DNA from: Mobula hypostoma
Taxonomy: Eukaryota
Length of the DNA stretch: 64,000 nt
Assembly: GCF_963921235.1 (NCBI RefSeq)
Contig: NC_086098.1
Coordinates: 62,001-126,000, forward strand
Reading direction: 5' to 3'
Shown: positions 24,461 to 38,247 of the stretch, piece by piece
Position numbering within the stretch: the stretch's first letter is position 1
Layout: every line of letters starts with the position of its first letter
Notes under the pieces: generated by a model
The model's database searches: none
Told to the model about the DNA's origin: nothing
The model's input: the letters and a program-made list of their open reading frames with translations, nothing else
Position numbers and translations under genes: made by a program

Positions 24461-25890
24461 ATCTGCTATCTCCTTACAAATTTGTTCCTCCACTTCTCGC
24501 TCCCCATTAGGTGCTCTATAATACACCACTATAAGTGTTACTACAGCTTTCCTGTTCCTCAATTCCACCCAAATAGCCTCCCTAGATGAGCCCTCTAATC
24601 TGTCCTGCCAGACCACCGCTGTAATATTTTCTCTGACAAGTGTAACGCTCAGTTATATTGGCTCGTATATGTCTAGGGGAAATCCCACCCAGCACTTGCC
24701 TCAATGCTTCCCACGGAGTCGGTTGCCGCCCGAATCAATCCCAAACATCAATCATCAGCCAGCACACCCAGTACGTTTTACCAAGTACACTTTCTAGATA
24801 TTACTAGCTCTATGACATTAATATAAATTCAATACAGTAAAGGAAGTAATGAAAAAAAGGCGCCAAGACTTATCAAAGTCCAAGTTCTTCGCGCGCAACC
24901 GTTGGAGCTCAATCGATTCCTGATGACCACCCGAATCCTGTCGACTCACGGCTCGGGACCACCCGAAGTGATCGACCGGACTCTCTCCGCACGTCCTCCG
25001 TCCTCCCTGTCTCTCCTCCGACTCCCCGCCAAAACCCCGTCCACCGTCCTCCCCGTCTCTCCTCCGACTCCCCGCCAAAAACCCTGTCCACCATCCTCTC
25101 CGTCTCTCCTCTGACTCCCCACCAAAAACCCGTCTCTCCTCCGACTCCCCGCCAAAACCCCGTCCCCAGACATATGATACAGCATTATCATCCAAAAACA
25201 AAACGATACATGACCACCCATTGGCTAATAGCACCCTGCTGTCTGTATTAACCCAAACAAATGTCTAGCTAGAGACTTTCTCAGCATTTAACGTAACAAA
25301 GAAGCCATTTTAAATTTAAGATACAAAAAAAAGAAAGACCCCATACGCAAGCAATGCAACAGCTCCCCCTCTTGTCCCACCAATTCTATCACACCTGGAG
25401 CAATGAAATCCAGGAATATTTAGTTGCTAATCACACCCCTCCTGCAACCATGTTTCACTAATAGCTACAACATCATACTTCCAGGTATCAATCCATGCGG
25501 TAAGCTCATTCTCCTTTCTTATAATGCTCCTAGCATTAAAATAAATGCATTTAAGAAATTTTCCACCTCTTACTATCTGTTTATCACTAATGGTGCAAAC
25601 AACTTTACTATTTTCTTTTTCTTCCTTCTCCCCTGCATTTGTTCCTACACTCTGGTTCCCCTACCCCGTTGTATCTAGTTTAAATCCACTGGAGCCTCTC
25701 TAGCAAACCTACCTGCAAGAATATTTGTGCCCCTCCAGTTCAGATGTAAACCATCCCGCCGGAACAGGTCCCACCTTCCCTGGAAAACTGCCCAATTATC
25801 TATAAATCTGAAGACCTCCCTCCTGCACCATGTCTTCTGCCACGTGTTGATCTGCGCTATCTTACTATTGCTAAACCCGCCTGCACGTGG
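24461..25890 (-). mobile_element. CR1 (A-like) fragment: ORF1 end and endonuclease, containing a solo LTR
   Basis: AIWVELRN..YRAPN, FLKCIYFNARS, ORF1 end GGATTTAAACTAG. Confidence 0.82.
24641..25347 (-). mobile_element. Solo LTR, same family as 10013-10541, with internal GC-rich tandem array
   Basis: TGTAACG...TACG termini, exact CAAG TSD (24637-24640 / 25348-25351); ~46-bp units at ~25005-25165. Confidence 0.8.
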
Positions 25891-25894
25891 ACTT

Positions 25895-27055
25895 GGATCC
25901 GAAGATCCCCCTGATCCTCCACACTGCGAAGAGTCTTACCATTAATATTATATTCTGCTATCATATTTGACCTACCAAAATGAACCATCTCACACTTATC
26001 AGGGTTGAACTCCATCTGCCACTTGGATAGTAGGGATATGGAGGGTGATGGTTCAGGTGCATGTTGTTGGGGAGAGGCAGCTTAGATTGTTTTGGCATGG
26101 ACTAGGTGGACTGAAAGGTTTGTTTCAGTGCTGTACTTCTCTCTGACTCTATGACTCCAAAGAGAGCCTAATGACAGGGCAAAATTGCAGTTAGCAGTAA
26201 AAGTACAAAGTAAAAGGTGGACAAAATTGAGAAGGGTGGGTATAGGACTGAAAATATTAGATTTGAATGGACGCATTATGCAGAATAAAGCAGATGAACT
26301 TGTAGCGCAGTTACAGATTGGCCTGTATGATGTTGTAGGCATCACTGAATCATGGCTGAAAGAAGATTATAGCTGGGAGCTTAATGTCCAATGATACACA
26401 TTGCATTGAAAGGACAAGCAGGAAGGCAGAGGGGGGAATGTTGCTCTGTTGGTTAAAAAATATTGAATAAAGGAGATGGGATGTTATATTAAGTTGTCTA
26501 AGACATTGGTAATGCCATATTTAGAGTATTGTGTGCAACTTTGGTCACCTACATACAGGAAAGATGTAAACAAGGTTGAAAGAGAACAGAGAAAATTAAC
26601 CAGGATGTTGCTGGGTCTGGAGGACCTGATCTATCATGAAAGCTTGAATGGGTTAGGATTTCAATCCATAGAACCTAGAATATTGTGGGAAATTTGATAG
26701 AGTATACAAAATTATGAGAGATATAGATAGGGTACATGCAAGCGGACTTTTTCCACTGAGGTTTGATGGGACAACAACTGGATGTCATGGTTTAAGGGTG
26801 AAAGGTGAAAAGTTTAATGGGAACATGAGGAGAAACTTCTTCATTCAGAGGGTTGTGAGAATGTGGAATGAGCTGCCAGCACAAGAGGTCCATGCAAGTT
26901 TGATTTCAACGTTTAAGAGAAGTTTGGATAGGTACATGGATAGCAGGGGTATGGAGGGCTATGGTGCAGGTTGATGGGAGTAGGCAGTTTAAATGACTTT
27001 GGAATGGACTAGATGGGCCAAATGGCCTGTTTCTGTGCTGTACTTCTGTATGACC
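25895..27055. mobile_element. Mosaic of short degraded CR1 fragments
   Basis: EN start (YDVVGITESW), RT C-terminus (LEYCVQLWSP, RNFFIQRVV), two 3' hairpins. Confidence 0.75.
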
Positions 27056-27144
27056 CAGCAACACTGAGGCTATGAAGACTGCTCCGGCTGCTGTGCCCTG
27101 TGCCCAGTAATATAATGAACTGTTAAGCGAGGCTTTGGGCCTGC

Positions 27145-27773
27145 TCCAGGTGCCACGCTTTGTCCTCCAGAAGAAGCGTGATCCCCCAGTGCCCACCCAT
27201 TTTATTTCCACTTCCCATTCCCATTCTGATACGTCAATCTATGGCCTCCTTACTGTCTTGATGAGTCCACACTCATGTTGGAGGAACAATACCTGATATC
27301 CCGTCTGGGTAGCCTCCAACCTGATAGCATGAACATTGAATTCTCAAACTTCTGGTAATGTGCTCCTTCCTTCACCGTTCCTCATCTCCTTTACCCTCTC
27401 TCACCTTATCTTCTTGCCTGCTCATCACCTCCCTCTGGTGCTCCTCCTTCCTTTTCTTCCTCCCTTGCCCTTCTATCTTCTCCTTTTATGTTCCCCCTTC
27501 TCCAGCCCTGTATCTCTTTCACCAATCAACTTCCCAGCTCTTTACTTCATCCCTCCCCCTCCTGGTTTCACTTATTACCTTGTATTTCTCTATCCCCTCT
27601 CTACCTTTTAAATCTATTCCACATCTTTTCCTCTCTAATCCTGCCGAAGGGTTTTGGCCCGAAACGTCAACTGTACTTTTTCCCATAGATGCTGTCTGGC
27701 CTGCTGAGTTCCTCCAGCATGTTGTGTGTGTTGCATGGATTTCCAGCATCTGCAGATTTTCTCTTGTTTGCGA
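27145..27773 (+). mobile_element. Old Penelope-like 3' fragment with degenerate hammerhead
   Basis: Homologous to 2720-3237; CTGCCGAAGGGTTTTGGCCCGAAACGTC at ~27641-27668. Confidence 0.8.
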
Positions 27774-28084
27774 ATAAAGTTGTTCCTTGATTCTTGATCC
27801 AAATTGGCAGATCACTTTCTGAAAAAATTGAGACCTCTGGTGACCAAGCTGAGTCACTGCCATTCTTAGCTAGTCTTTAAAATTCTCCATATTGCCACAA
27901 GGTGGTCAACAAACAAACTAGTTTGACTTTTGTTAATGTGTTCCTCAAATTCCCAGAATTGTGGTCTCCTACAATTTGATCAATGATGTTGAAATTACAT
28001 ATCAGTATACATATCACTAAATTTGGGAAAGTTTGAAATTGATTGCTAAACTGAAATATTTGAAAATAACCACTTTATAAGATG

Positions 28085-28435
28085 TTCAGATTCAGGCTTA
28101 TTAATTATCAATGTCTTATATGTAGTGAAAATTGTTGTTTTGTAGTGGGGGGGTGCTTTGGGGTTCGAACTTTCATTCATTCTTTGGGGCACTGTTTTCG
28201 TAGACGTCCGCGAAGTAAAAGAATTTCAGGATGTATATTGTATACATTTCTCTAACATTAAATGCACCTATTGAAACCTATTGAAATCTATTGAATGCAG
28301 AACAAAATGAATTACTATAAATTACAAAATAAATAGTTCAATAAAAAGGAATAGTGAGGTAGTGCTCATGGGTTCGTGGACCATTTAGAAATCTTTTGGT
28401 GGAGGGGAAGAAGCTGTTCCTCATAAGCTGAAAGT
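28085..28435. mobile_element. Degraded Rex1-type 3'UTR with a nested short 3' end carrying a (CCTATTGAAA)n tail
   Basis: Similarity to 34819-35110; tandem tail at ~28267-28296. Confidence 0.5.
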
Positions 28436-28570
28436 GGATCTGGAGCAATGTTTCTAAATTAAAGTATTTATAATTTCTATTTATATAATGTATACATATA
28501 TAATGGGTTTTAGAAGTTGTTTACTTTGTTAAAACCACAGTTAAATTTATTTTATGTTTCAAAGTAGTAA

Positions 28571-29735
28571 TAAAGTCCCACATAGGAGATTAGTGGGCAA
28601 AATTAGGGCACATGGTATTGAGGACAGAGTACTGACATGGATTGAAAATTGGCTGGCTGACAGAAAACAAAAAGTAGCGATTAATGGGTCCCTTTCGGAA
28701 TGGCAGGCGGTGACCAGTGGGGTACCGCAGGGTTCAGTGCTGGGACCGCAGCCGTTTACAATATATATTAATCATTTAGATGAGGGAATTAAAAGTAACA
28801 TTAGCAAATTTGCTGATGACACAAAGCTGGGTGGCAGTGTGAAATGTGAGGAGGATGTTATGAGAATGCAGGGTGACTTGGACAGACTGGCTGAGTGGGC
28901 AGATGCATGGCAGATGCAGTTTAATGTGGATAAATGTGAGGTTATCCACTTTGGTGGTAAGAACAGGAAGGCAGGTTATTATCTAAATGGAGTCAAGTTA
29001 GGAAAAGGGGAAGTACAACGAGATATAGGTGTTCTTGTACATCAGTCACTGAAAGCAAGCATGCAAGTACAGCAGGCAGTGAAGAAAGCTAATGGCATGC
29101 TGGCCTTCATAACAAGGGGAATTGAGTATAAGAGCAAAGAAGTCCTTCTGCAGCTGTACAGGGCCCTGGTGAGACCACACTTGGAGTACTGTGTGGAGTT
29201 TTGGTCTCCAAGTTTGAGGAAAGACATTCTTGCTATTGAGGAAGTGCAGCGTAGGTTCACAAGGTTAATTCCTGGGATGGTGGGACTGTCATATGTTGAA
29301 AGAAAGGAGCGACTGGGCTTGTATACTCTGGAATTTAGAAGGCTGGGAGGGGATCTTATTGAAACATAAAAGATTATTAAGGGATTGGACACGCTGCAGG
29401 CAGGAAGCATGGACCTGCTGATGGGTGAGTCCAGAACCAGAGGCCACAGTTTAAGAATAAGGGGTAGGCAATTTAGAACGAAGTTGAGGAAAAACTTTTT
29501 CACCCAGAGAGTGGTGGATATATGGAATGCTTTGCCCCAGAAGGCAGTGGAGGCCAAGTCTCTGGATGCTTTCAAGAAAGAGATGGATAGAGCTCTTAAA
29601 GATAGTGGAATCAAAGGTTATGGGGATAAGGCAGGAACTGGATGCTGATTGTGGATGATCAACCATGATCACAGTGAATGGCAGTGCTGGCTTGAAGGGC
29701 CTTCTCCTGCACCTATAGTCTGTTGTCTATTGTCT
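28571..29735 (+). mobile_element. 5'-truncated CR1 ((CTATTGT)n-tail subfamily)
   Basis: ORF 28554..29369 ([17 protein letters not shown]), 3'UTR and tail. Confidence 0.92.
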
Positions 29736-29741
29736 AAATCT

Positions 29742-29809
29742 GGAGCAACTGTAACGAAAACCAATTTCCCCCGGAATTAATAAAGTATGACTATGACTAG
29801 GACTATGAC
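29742..29809 (+). mobile_element. 68-bp extreme 3' end of Rex1-type LINE
   Basis: Matches the end of 23601-24117; AATAAA + (GACTAT)n; TAAATCT TSD (29735-29741 / 29810-29816). Confidence 0.75.
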
Positions 29810-32690
29810 TAAATCTCTGAAAGCACATCCAGTTCAGAAATTCTCGAGTGGATAGGGTGTGATTGCTATGCAAAGAAATATGAGGATTTTTGTTCCCTTT
29901 TATTTCCTTATATGAACTGAGGCGAAAATATTTTCAGAATATGAGCTTTAAAACTATATTCTAGAGGTCCAATCAGGTTGGGGAGCAGAGCACTTCAAAG
30001 AATTTACTCACAGGTCAGTGAAGCTAGTATAAAAAGAGAGCTTCATGGGCATTCAGACATGCCAGGTCCAATCAGCATTGGGAGCAGAGCACTGCGAATT
30101 AAGTAAAAGTACAGAAGGGGCAAGCGGGGTGGCCATTGTTGGGAGAGGCCAGTGGTGAAAGTAGGAGCATCAGGCTTTGACTCAAGAGGCTTCAATGAGA
30201 AGAGGCCGAGGCCAAAGATGCATTAGAAGATTAGAACCTGATGGTCTCCCTGATAACTACACCTGTGGGAAGCATAGACAACTCCAGCTCATGAAAGACT
30301 GCATTAAGGAGCTGGAGCTGGAGTTGGATGAACTTAGGATCATCTGGGAGGCAGAGCAATTGATAGATATCACTTTTGAGCAGGTGGTTATGCCCAGAGT
30401 GCAGAATTTGGGGAGTAGATGGGTGAACATCAAAAGAGGAAAAGGGAGAAGGATCAGGGTCCCCCTGTGGCCATTCCCCTCAGCAACAGGTATAACCCTT
30501 TGGATACTGCTGCGGGAGGTGACCTATCTGGGCAAGACATCTGAAGCCAGACGAATGGCACTGTGGCTGGCTCTGAGCATCAGAAGGGTAGGGTGAAGTC
30601 AGGCGGAGCAATAGCCATAGGGGACTCAATAGTTAGGGGACAGATAGGAGATTCTGTGGCAGCAAAATAGACACCAGGATAGTGTGTTGCCTCCTGGGTG
30701 AGAGTGTCCAGAATGTCTCTGAGTGGTTGCAGAATACTCTTGAAGAGGAGGGTGAGCAGCCAGAGGTCATGGTAAATGTTGGTACCAATGCCATAGGCGG
30801 GAGAGGGGTAGAGGTCTTGTCAGTAAGTTTAGGGAGTTAGGAAGGCACCTGAAGAGCAGGACCTCCAAGGTGGTAATCTCCGGATTACTCCCAGTGCCAT
30901 GAGCTAGTGAAGGTCAGAACAGGAAGGTAGCACAGATGAATGAGTGGCTGAGGAGATGGTGCAGGGGGCAGGGTTTCAAGTTCTTGGGGAATGGGTGACC
31001 TGTACAAGCGGCACAGGTTGCACCTGAACTGGAGGGGAACCAATATTCTGGGAGGGAGGTTTGCTAATGCTATTGGGGAGGGTTTAAACTAGATTTTGCT
31101 GGAGGTTAGGAACCGAAGTGAAGAGGCAGAGGATGGGGCAGTTGGTACACAAGTAGAGACAGCTTGTAGAGAGTTTATGAGGAAGGATAGGTAGATGATA
31201 GAGCAAAGAAATACTCAGCCAGATGGTTTGAGATGTTTCTATTTTAATGCAAGGAGTATCATAAGCAAGGCAGGTGAACTTAGAGCGTGGATCAGTACGT
31301 GGAACTACGATGTTGTGGGCTTTACAGAGACTTGGATGACTCAGGGGCAGGAATGGCTGCTCAGTGTGCTAGGCTTTAGGTGTTTCAAAAAGGACAGGGA
31401 GGGAGGCAAAAGAGGTGGGTGAGTGGCATTTCTAATCAGGGATAGTATCATGACAGCAGAAAAGGAGGAAGTCATGGGGGGAATGTCTACTGAGTTATTG
31501 TGGGTGGAAGTCAGAAACAGGAAGGGCGCAATAACTCTACTGGGTGTTTTTTATAGACCACCCAAAAGTAACAGTGACATAGAGGAGGAGATAGGGAGAC
31601 AGTTTCTGGAAAGGTGCAATAATAATAGGGTTGCTGTGATGGGTGATTTTAACTTTCCTAATATTGACTGGCATCTCTTTAGAGCAAGGGGTTTAGATGG
31701 GGTTGTAGATGGTTTGTTAGGCGTGTTCAGGAAGATTTTCTGATGCAATATGTAGATAAACCAATCAGAGGAAAGGCTGTACTTGATCTGGTATTGGGAA
31801 ATGAACCTGGTCAGGTGTCAGATCTTTCAGTGGGAATGTATTTTAGAGGTAGTGATCACAGCTCTATCTCCTTTACCATAGCGCTGGAGAGGGATAGGAG
31901 CAGACAATTTGGGAAAACATTTAATTCAGGTAGGGGAAAATATGATGCTATTAGGCAGGAACTTGGGAACATAAATTGGGAGCAGATTGGGAAATGCGCG
32001 GCAGAAATCGGCAAATGTTCAAGGAACATTTGCATGGTGTTCTGCATAGGTATGTTCCATTAAGGCAAAGAAAGGACGATACAAAGGATGTAGAAAATCT
32101 AGTTAAGAAGAACAGAAAAGCCTACAAAAAGGTTCAAGAAACTAGGTACTGTTAGAGCTCTAGAAAATTACAAGGTTGCCAGGAAAGAGCTCAAGAATGA
32201 AATTAGGAGAGCTAGAAGGGGCCATGAGAAGGCCTTACTGAGCAGGATTAAGGAAAACCCCCAAGGCCTTCTATAAATATGTGAAGAAAAAGAGGATGAG
32301 CTGTGTGAGAAGAAGACCAATCATGAGTGAGAGTGGAAACATGCATATGGAGTTGGAGGAGGAAGCGGTGGTACTTAATGAATACTTTGCTTCAGTATTC
32401 ACCAGTGAAAAGGACCTTGGCAATTGTGTGGATGACTTACAGCAGATTGAAACGCTTGATGTTTAGACCTTAAGAAAGAGGATGTGATGGAGCTTTTGAG
32501 AGGTATTAAGTTAGATAAGTCACCAGGACCTGATGAGATAAACCCCAGGCTACTGTGGGAAGTGATGGAGGAGATTGCTGAGCCTCTGGAGATGATATTT
32601 GCAACATCAACAGGGACGGGAGAAGTACCAGAGGATTGGAAGGTTCCCTTATTCAGGAAAGGGAGTAGAGATAATCCAGGAAATTATAGA

Positions 32691-33790
32691 ACATAGAACA
32701 TAGAATAGTACAGCACAGTACAGGCCCTTCGGCCCACGATGTTGTGCCGACCCTCAAACCCTGCCTCCCATATAAGCCCACACCTTAGATTCCTCCATAT
32801 ACCTGTCTAGTAGTCTCTTAAACTTCACCAGTGTATCTGCCTCCACCACTGACTCAGGCAGTGCATTCCACGCACCAACCACTCTCTGAGAAAAAAATCT
32901 TCCTCTAATATCCCCCTTGAACTTCCCACCCCTTACCTTAAAGCCATGTATTGAGCAGTGGTGCCCTGGGGAAGAGGCACTGGCTATCCACTCTATCTAT
33001 TCCTCTTATTATCTTGTACACCTCTATCATGTCTCCTCTCATCCTCCTTCTCTCCAAAGAGTAAAGCCCTAGCTCCCTTAATCTCTGATCATAATGCATA
33101 CTTTCTAAACCAGGCAGCATCCTGGTAAATCACCTCTGTACCCTTTCCAATGCTTCCACGTTCTTCCTATAGTGAGGTGACCAGAACTGGACACAGTACT
33201 CCAAGTGTGGCCTAACCAGAGTTTTATAGAGCTGCATCATTACATCGCGACTCTTAAACTCTATCCCTCGACTTATGAAAGCTAACACCCCATAAGCTTT
33301 CTTAACTACCCTATCCACCTATGAGGCAACTTTCAGGGATCTGTGGACACGTACCCCGAGATCCCTCTGCTCCTCCACACTACCAAGTATCCTGCCATTT
33401 ACTTTGTACTGTGCCTTGGAGTTTGTCCTTCCAAAGTGTACCACCTCACACTTCTCCGGGTTGAACTCCATCTGCCACTTCTCAGCCCACTTCTGCATCC
33501 TATCAATTTCTTTCTGCAATCTTTGACAATCCTCTACACTATCTACAACTCCACCAACCTTTGTGTCATCTGCAAACTTGCCAACCCACCCTTCTACCCC
33601 CACATCCAGGTCGTTAATAAAAATCACGAAAAGTAGAGGTCCCAGAACAGATCCTTGTGGGACACCACTAGTCACAATCCTCCAATCTGAATGTACTCCC
33701 TCCACCACCGCCCTCTGCCTTGTGCAGGCAAGCCAATTCTGAATCCACCTGGCCAAACTTCCCTGGATCCCATGCCTTCTAACTTTCTGA
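32691..33790 (-). mobile_element. 5'-truncated CR1-B
   Basis: ORF 33319..33756 RT; ATAGA TSD (32686-32690 / 33791-33795). Confidence 0.92.
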
Positions 33791-34383
33791 ATAGACCATT
33801 GAGTCTTACTTCAGTGGTGTGCAAGTTGTTGCAGAAGATCCTGAGGGGTAGGATTTATGAGCATTTAGAGAGACATAATCTGATTAGCATGGCTTTGTCA
33901 AGGGCAGGTCATGCCTTACGAACCTCAATGTTGATGAATGTAGAGCAGTGGATGTAGTGTATATGGATTTCAGTAAGTCATTTGATAATGTTCCCCATGT
34001 GAGGCTCATTCAGAAAGTAAGGGGGAATGGACCCAAGGGATCCTGCTTTGTGGATCCAGAATTGGCTTGGCCACAGAAAGCAAAGGGTAGTTGTAGATGG
34101 TTCATATTCTGTATGGAGGCTGGTGACCAATGGAGTTCCATAGGGATCTGTTCTGGGACACTTCTTCTTTGTGATTTTTATAAATGACCTGGATGAGGTG
34201 GGTAGAAGGTTGGGTTAGTAAGTTTGCTGCAGACACAAAAGTTGGGGGTGTTGTGTATAGTCTGAAGGATTGTCAGAGGTTACAGTGGGACATTGATAAG
34301 AGGCAGAACTGGTATGAGAAATGGCAGATAAAGTTCAACCCAGATAAGTGTGAAGTGGTTCATTTTGGTAGGTCAAATATGAT

Positions 34384-34804
34384 CCAAGACTCCTTCAGAG
34401 TCAATGCCTCCAGAAGACATGGTACATCATTAAAGACCCCTCACACCCTCTCCATGAACTGTTTGTTCTTCTGCCATCAGGCAAACGTTATAGGATCATC
34501 AAAACTAAAACCACAAGGCTACCAAACAGCTTCCTCCCACAGGCAGTCAGACTGCTAAATAGCTGCTCCACCTGACTCTGCTTTGGACACTTTTAACTTG
34601 CACTGGACACTTATAACTGATTTAACTGACATGTGGCTGTTGTGTTTTACTATTTATTGTTAGGTTTATTATTTAGTGTTGTGTTTGTTATGTTATGATT
34701 GCACTGCCCCTGAGGAACGCTGTCTCATTCTGCCCTGCAGAGCTGATGTATGGTTAGAATGACAATAAAGTTTTTTGAATCTTTGAATCTTGAATCTTGA
34801 ATCT
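34384..34804 (+). mobile_element. Rex1-type LINE 3' fragment, (TGAATCT)n tail
   Basis: IIKDPSHPLHELFVLLPSGKRY..SFLPQAVRLLN read manually; TGAT TSD (34380-34383 / 34805-34808). Confidence 0.8.
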
Positions 34805-34818
34805 TGATGACAGAATAT

Positions 34819-36905
34819 ATCAGTATCAGAATCAGAATCAGGTTTATTATCACCGGCATGTGATGTGAAATCTGTTAACTTAGTAACAGCAGTTCAATAC
34901 AATACATAATATAGAAGAAAATAAGTAAATAAATACATCTTATCCAGTATACTTTATACAGTATACATATTCTGAATAGATTAAAAATTGTGCAAAAAAA
35001 AAAAGAAATACTATATATCAAACAAAAGTGAGGTAGTGTCCAAAGCTTCAATGTCCATTTAGGAATCCGATGGCAGAGGGGAAGAAGCTGTTCTTGAATC
35101 ACTGAGTGTGTGCCTTCAGGCTTCTGTGCCTCCCACCTGATGGTAACAGTGAGAAAAGGGCATGCCCTGCATGCTGGAGGTCCTTAATAATAGACGCTGC
35201 CTTTCTGAGACACCACTCCTTGAAAATGTCCTGGGTACTTTGTAGGCTAGTACCCAAGATGGAGCTGACTAAATTTACAAACTTCTGCAGCTTCTTTCAG
35301 TCCTGTGCAGCAGCAACCCCCCCCCCCATATCAGACAGTGATGTAGTCTGTCAGAACGTTCTCCATGGTACATCGATACAAGTTTTTGAGTGTATTTGTT
35401 GACATATCAAATCTCTTCAAACTCCTAATAAAGTATAGCCGCTGTCTTGCCTTCTTTATAACTGCATCAATATGTTTGGACCAGGTTAGGTCCTCAGAGA
35501 TTTTGAGACCCAGGAACTTGAAACTGCTCACTCTCTCCACTTCTGATCCCTCTTTGACCATTAGTATGTGTTCTTTCGTCTTACCCTTCCAGAAGTTCAC
35601 AATCAGCTCTTTCATCTTACTGATGTTGAGTGCCAGGTTGTTGCTGTGGCACCACTCCACTAGTTTGCATATCTCACTCCTGTACGCCCTCTCGTCACCA
35701 CCTGAGATTCTACCAACAATGGTTGTATCATCAGCAAATTTATAGATGGTAATTGAGCTATGCCTAGCCCCACAGTCATGGGTATATAGAGAGTAGAGCA
35801 GTGGGCTAAGCACCCACCCCTGAGGTGCGCCAATGTTGATCGCCAGCAAGGAGGAGAAGTTATCACCAATCCGCACAGATTGTGGTCTCTGGTTAGGAAA
35901 TTGAGCATCCAATTGCAGAGGGAGGTACAGAGGCTCAGGTTCTGCAATTTCTCAATCAGGAATGTGGGAATGATGGTATTAAATGCTGAGCTGTAGTTGA
36001 TGAACAGCAATCCTGATATAGGTGTTTGTGTTGTCCAGATGGTCTAAAGCCCTGTGGAGAGTCATTGAGATTGCATCTGCCATTGACCTATTGTGGTGAT
36101 AGGCAAATTGCAATGGGTCCAGGTCCTTGCTGAGGCAGGAGTTCAGCCTAGTCATGTCTAACCTCTCAAAACATTTCATCACTGTAGATGTGTGTGATAC
36201 TGGGAAATAGTCATTAAGGCAGCTCACATTATTCTTATTAGGCACTGGTATAATTGTTGCCTTTTTGAAGCAAGTAGGAACTCTTGCCCGTAGCAGTGAA
36301 AGGTTGAAAATGTCCTCGAATATCCCAGCCAGTTGGTTGGCACAGGTTTTCAGAGCCTCACCAGGTACTCCATCGGGACCTTCTGCCTTGCGAGAGTTCA
36401 CTCTCTTTAAAGGCAGCATAACATTGGCCTCTGAGACGGAGATCACTGGGTCATCAAGTGAAGCAGGGATCCTCACAGCTGTAGTTGTGTTCTCCCTTTC
36501 AAAGCAGGCATAGAGGCATTGAGTTCATCTGGTAGTGAAGCATCACTGTCATTCATGCTATTGGGTTTCGCTTTGCAGAAAGTAATGTCTTGCATGCCCT
36601 GCCAGAGTTGTGGTGCATCCGATGTCACCTCCAACCTGTTTCAAAATTGTCTCTTTGCCTTGAAATAGCCATCCGCAGATCTACCTGGTTTTCTGGTACA
36701 GGCCTGGATCACCAGACTTGAATGCTACACATCAAGGCTTCAGCAGACGATGTACCTTCTGATTCATGCACGGCTTTTGGATTGGGAATGTGCAGTAAGT
36801 CTTTGTAGGCATACACTCATCCACATAGGTTTTAATGAAGTCAGTAACAACTGCAGCATACCCATTCAGGTTTGAAGATGAATCCCTGAATACAGCCCAA
36901 TCACT
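34819..36905 (-). mobile_element. Rex1/Babar-type LINE, 5'-truncated, degraded
   Basis: [64 protein letters not shown]; (CTGATT)n tail; GAATAT TSD (34813-34818 / 36906-36911). Confidence 0.9.
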
Positions 36906-38247
36906 GAATATGATATTAATGGTAAGACTCTTGGAATGTGGAGGATCAGAGAGATCTTGGGGTCCATGTTTATAGGATGCTCAAAGCTGCTACGCAGGTT
37001 GACAGTGTTGTTAAGAAGGCGTATGGTGTGTTGGCCTTCATCAATCGTGGGACTGAGTTCAAGAGCTGTTAGGTAATGTTACACTTATATAAGACCTTAG
37101 TTAGACCCCAGTTGGAGTACTGTGTTTAGTTCTGGTCACCTCATTACAGGAAGGATGTGGATACTATAGAAAGAGAGCAGAGGAGATGTACAAGGATGTT
37201 GCCCGGATTGGGGAGCATGCCTTATGAGAATCGGTTGAGTGAACTTTGCCTTTTCTCCTTGGGAGCAACAGTGGATGAGAGGTGACCTGATAGAGGTGTA
37301 TAAGATGATGAGAGGTATTGATCGGGTGGATAGTCAGGGACTTTTTCCCAGAGCTGACATGGCTAACGCGAGGGGGCATAGTTTTAAGGTGCTTGGAAGT
37401 AGGTTAAAAGGGGATGTCAGAAGTGAGTTTTTCACACAGAGAGTTGTGGATGCGTGGAATGGGCTGCTAGAGGCGGATACAATAGGTTATTTTAAGAGAC
37501 ACCTGAATAGGTACATGGAGCTTAGAAAAATAGAGGGCTATGGGTAACCCCAGGTAATTTCTAAAGTAAGTACATGTTCAGCACAGCATTGTGTGCTGAA
37601 GGACCAGAATTGTGCTGTAGGTTTTCTATGTTTCTATGTTTCTAGAATAGGTTACATGGTCAGCACAACATTGTGGGATGAAGGGCCTGTAATGTGCTGT
37701 AGATTTATATTTCTAAAACTTTTGTAATTTGTTCCTTTAGTAAGCTGTTGTTATTGATGAATTTAAGATTTTGTGTACAAACAAAGAGTTGTTTAAAGAC
37801 ATGATATTATGTAAGAATTTGCTGCCCACCTGACATAGGGACAGGTCGATCACTGCTAATATCTTGTTCTAAATAGGACATCTAAGATGTGCAAAAGGAT
37901 ATGTAGCAAATATTAAAGTTAAGATCAAAGTAAATCTGTTATCAATGTACATACATATCACCATAGGTTACCCTGAAACGCATTTCTTGCAGGCATTTAC
38001 GGTAAATAAAGAAATACAAAAGAATTTATGGAAAACTCTACGTAAACAAAGACCAACAAACAACCAATGTGCTTGGGTAGACATGTGAGAATTGCTGTGG
38101 GGTGGGAACTGAACTGAAGAGATGGAGGAAGAGGTGGTTGGTTCACAAATAGAGAAACCTTGGAGACAGTGCAAGAGGGAGAATAGGCAGGTGATAGAAA
38201 AGGGACGCGCTCAGACCGATGGTTTGAGATGTGTCTATTTTAATGCA

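Larger units (their letters stand above)
29960..37645 (+). mobile_element. Old full-length CR1 host with three nested insertions
   Basis: Degraded ORF1 (~30180-31092), EN (31195-32063), RT pieces rejoining across the insertions, tail at ~37623-37645. Confidence 0.85.

Noticed and set aside
13201..24479. 19-bp match ATCTGCTATCTCCTTACAA at 13201 and 24461 as a giant TSD
   Set aside because: More simply two copies of the same CR1 subfamily; the host already resumes at ~21945
24818..25234. Repetitive ORFs (GGESEERR)
   Set aside because: Translation of the tandem array inside the solo LTR
27775..28570. Possible host exon in the least repetitive patch
   Set aside because: No convincing ORF with splice signals; parts resemble very old LINE debris; a small exon cannot be excluded without RNA data
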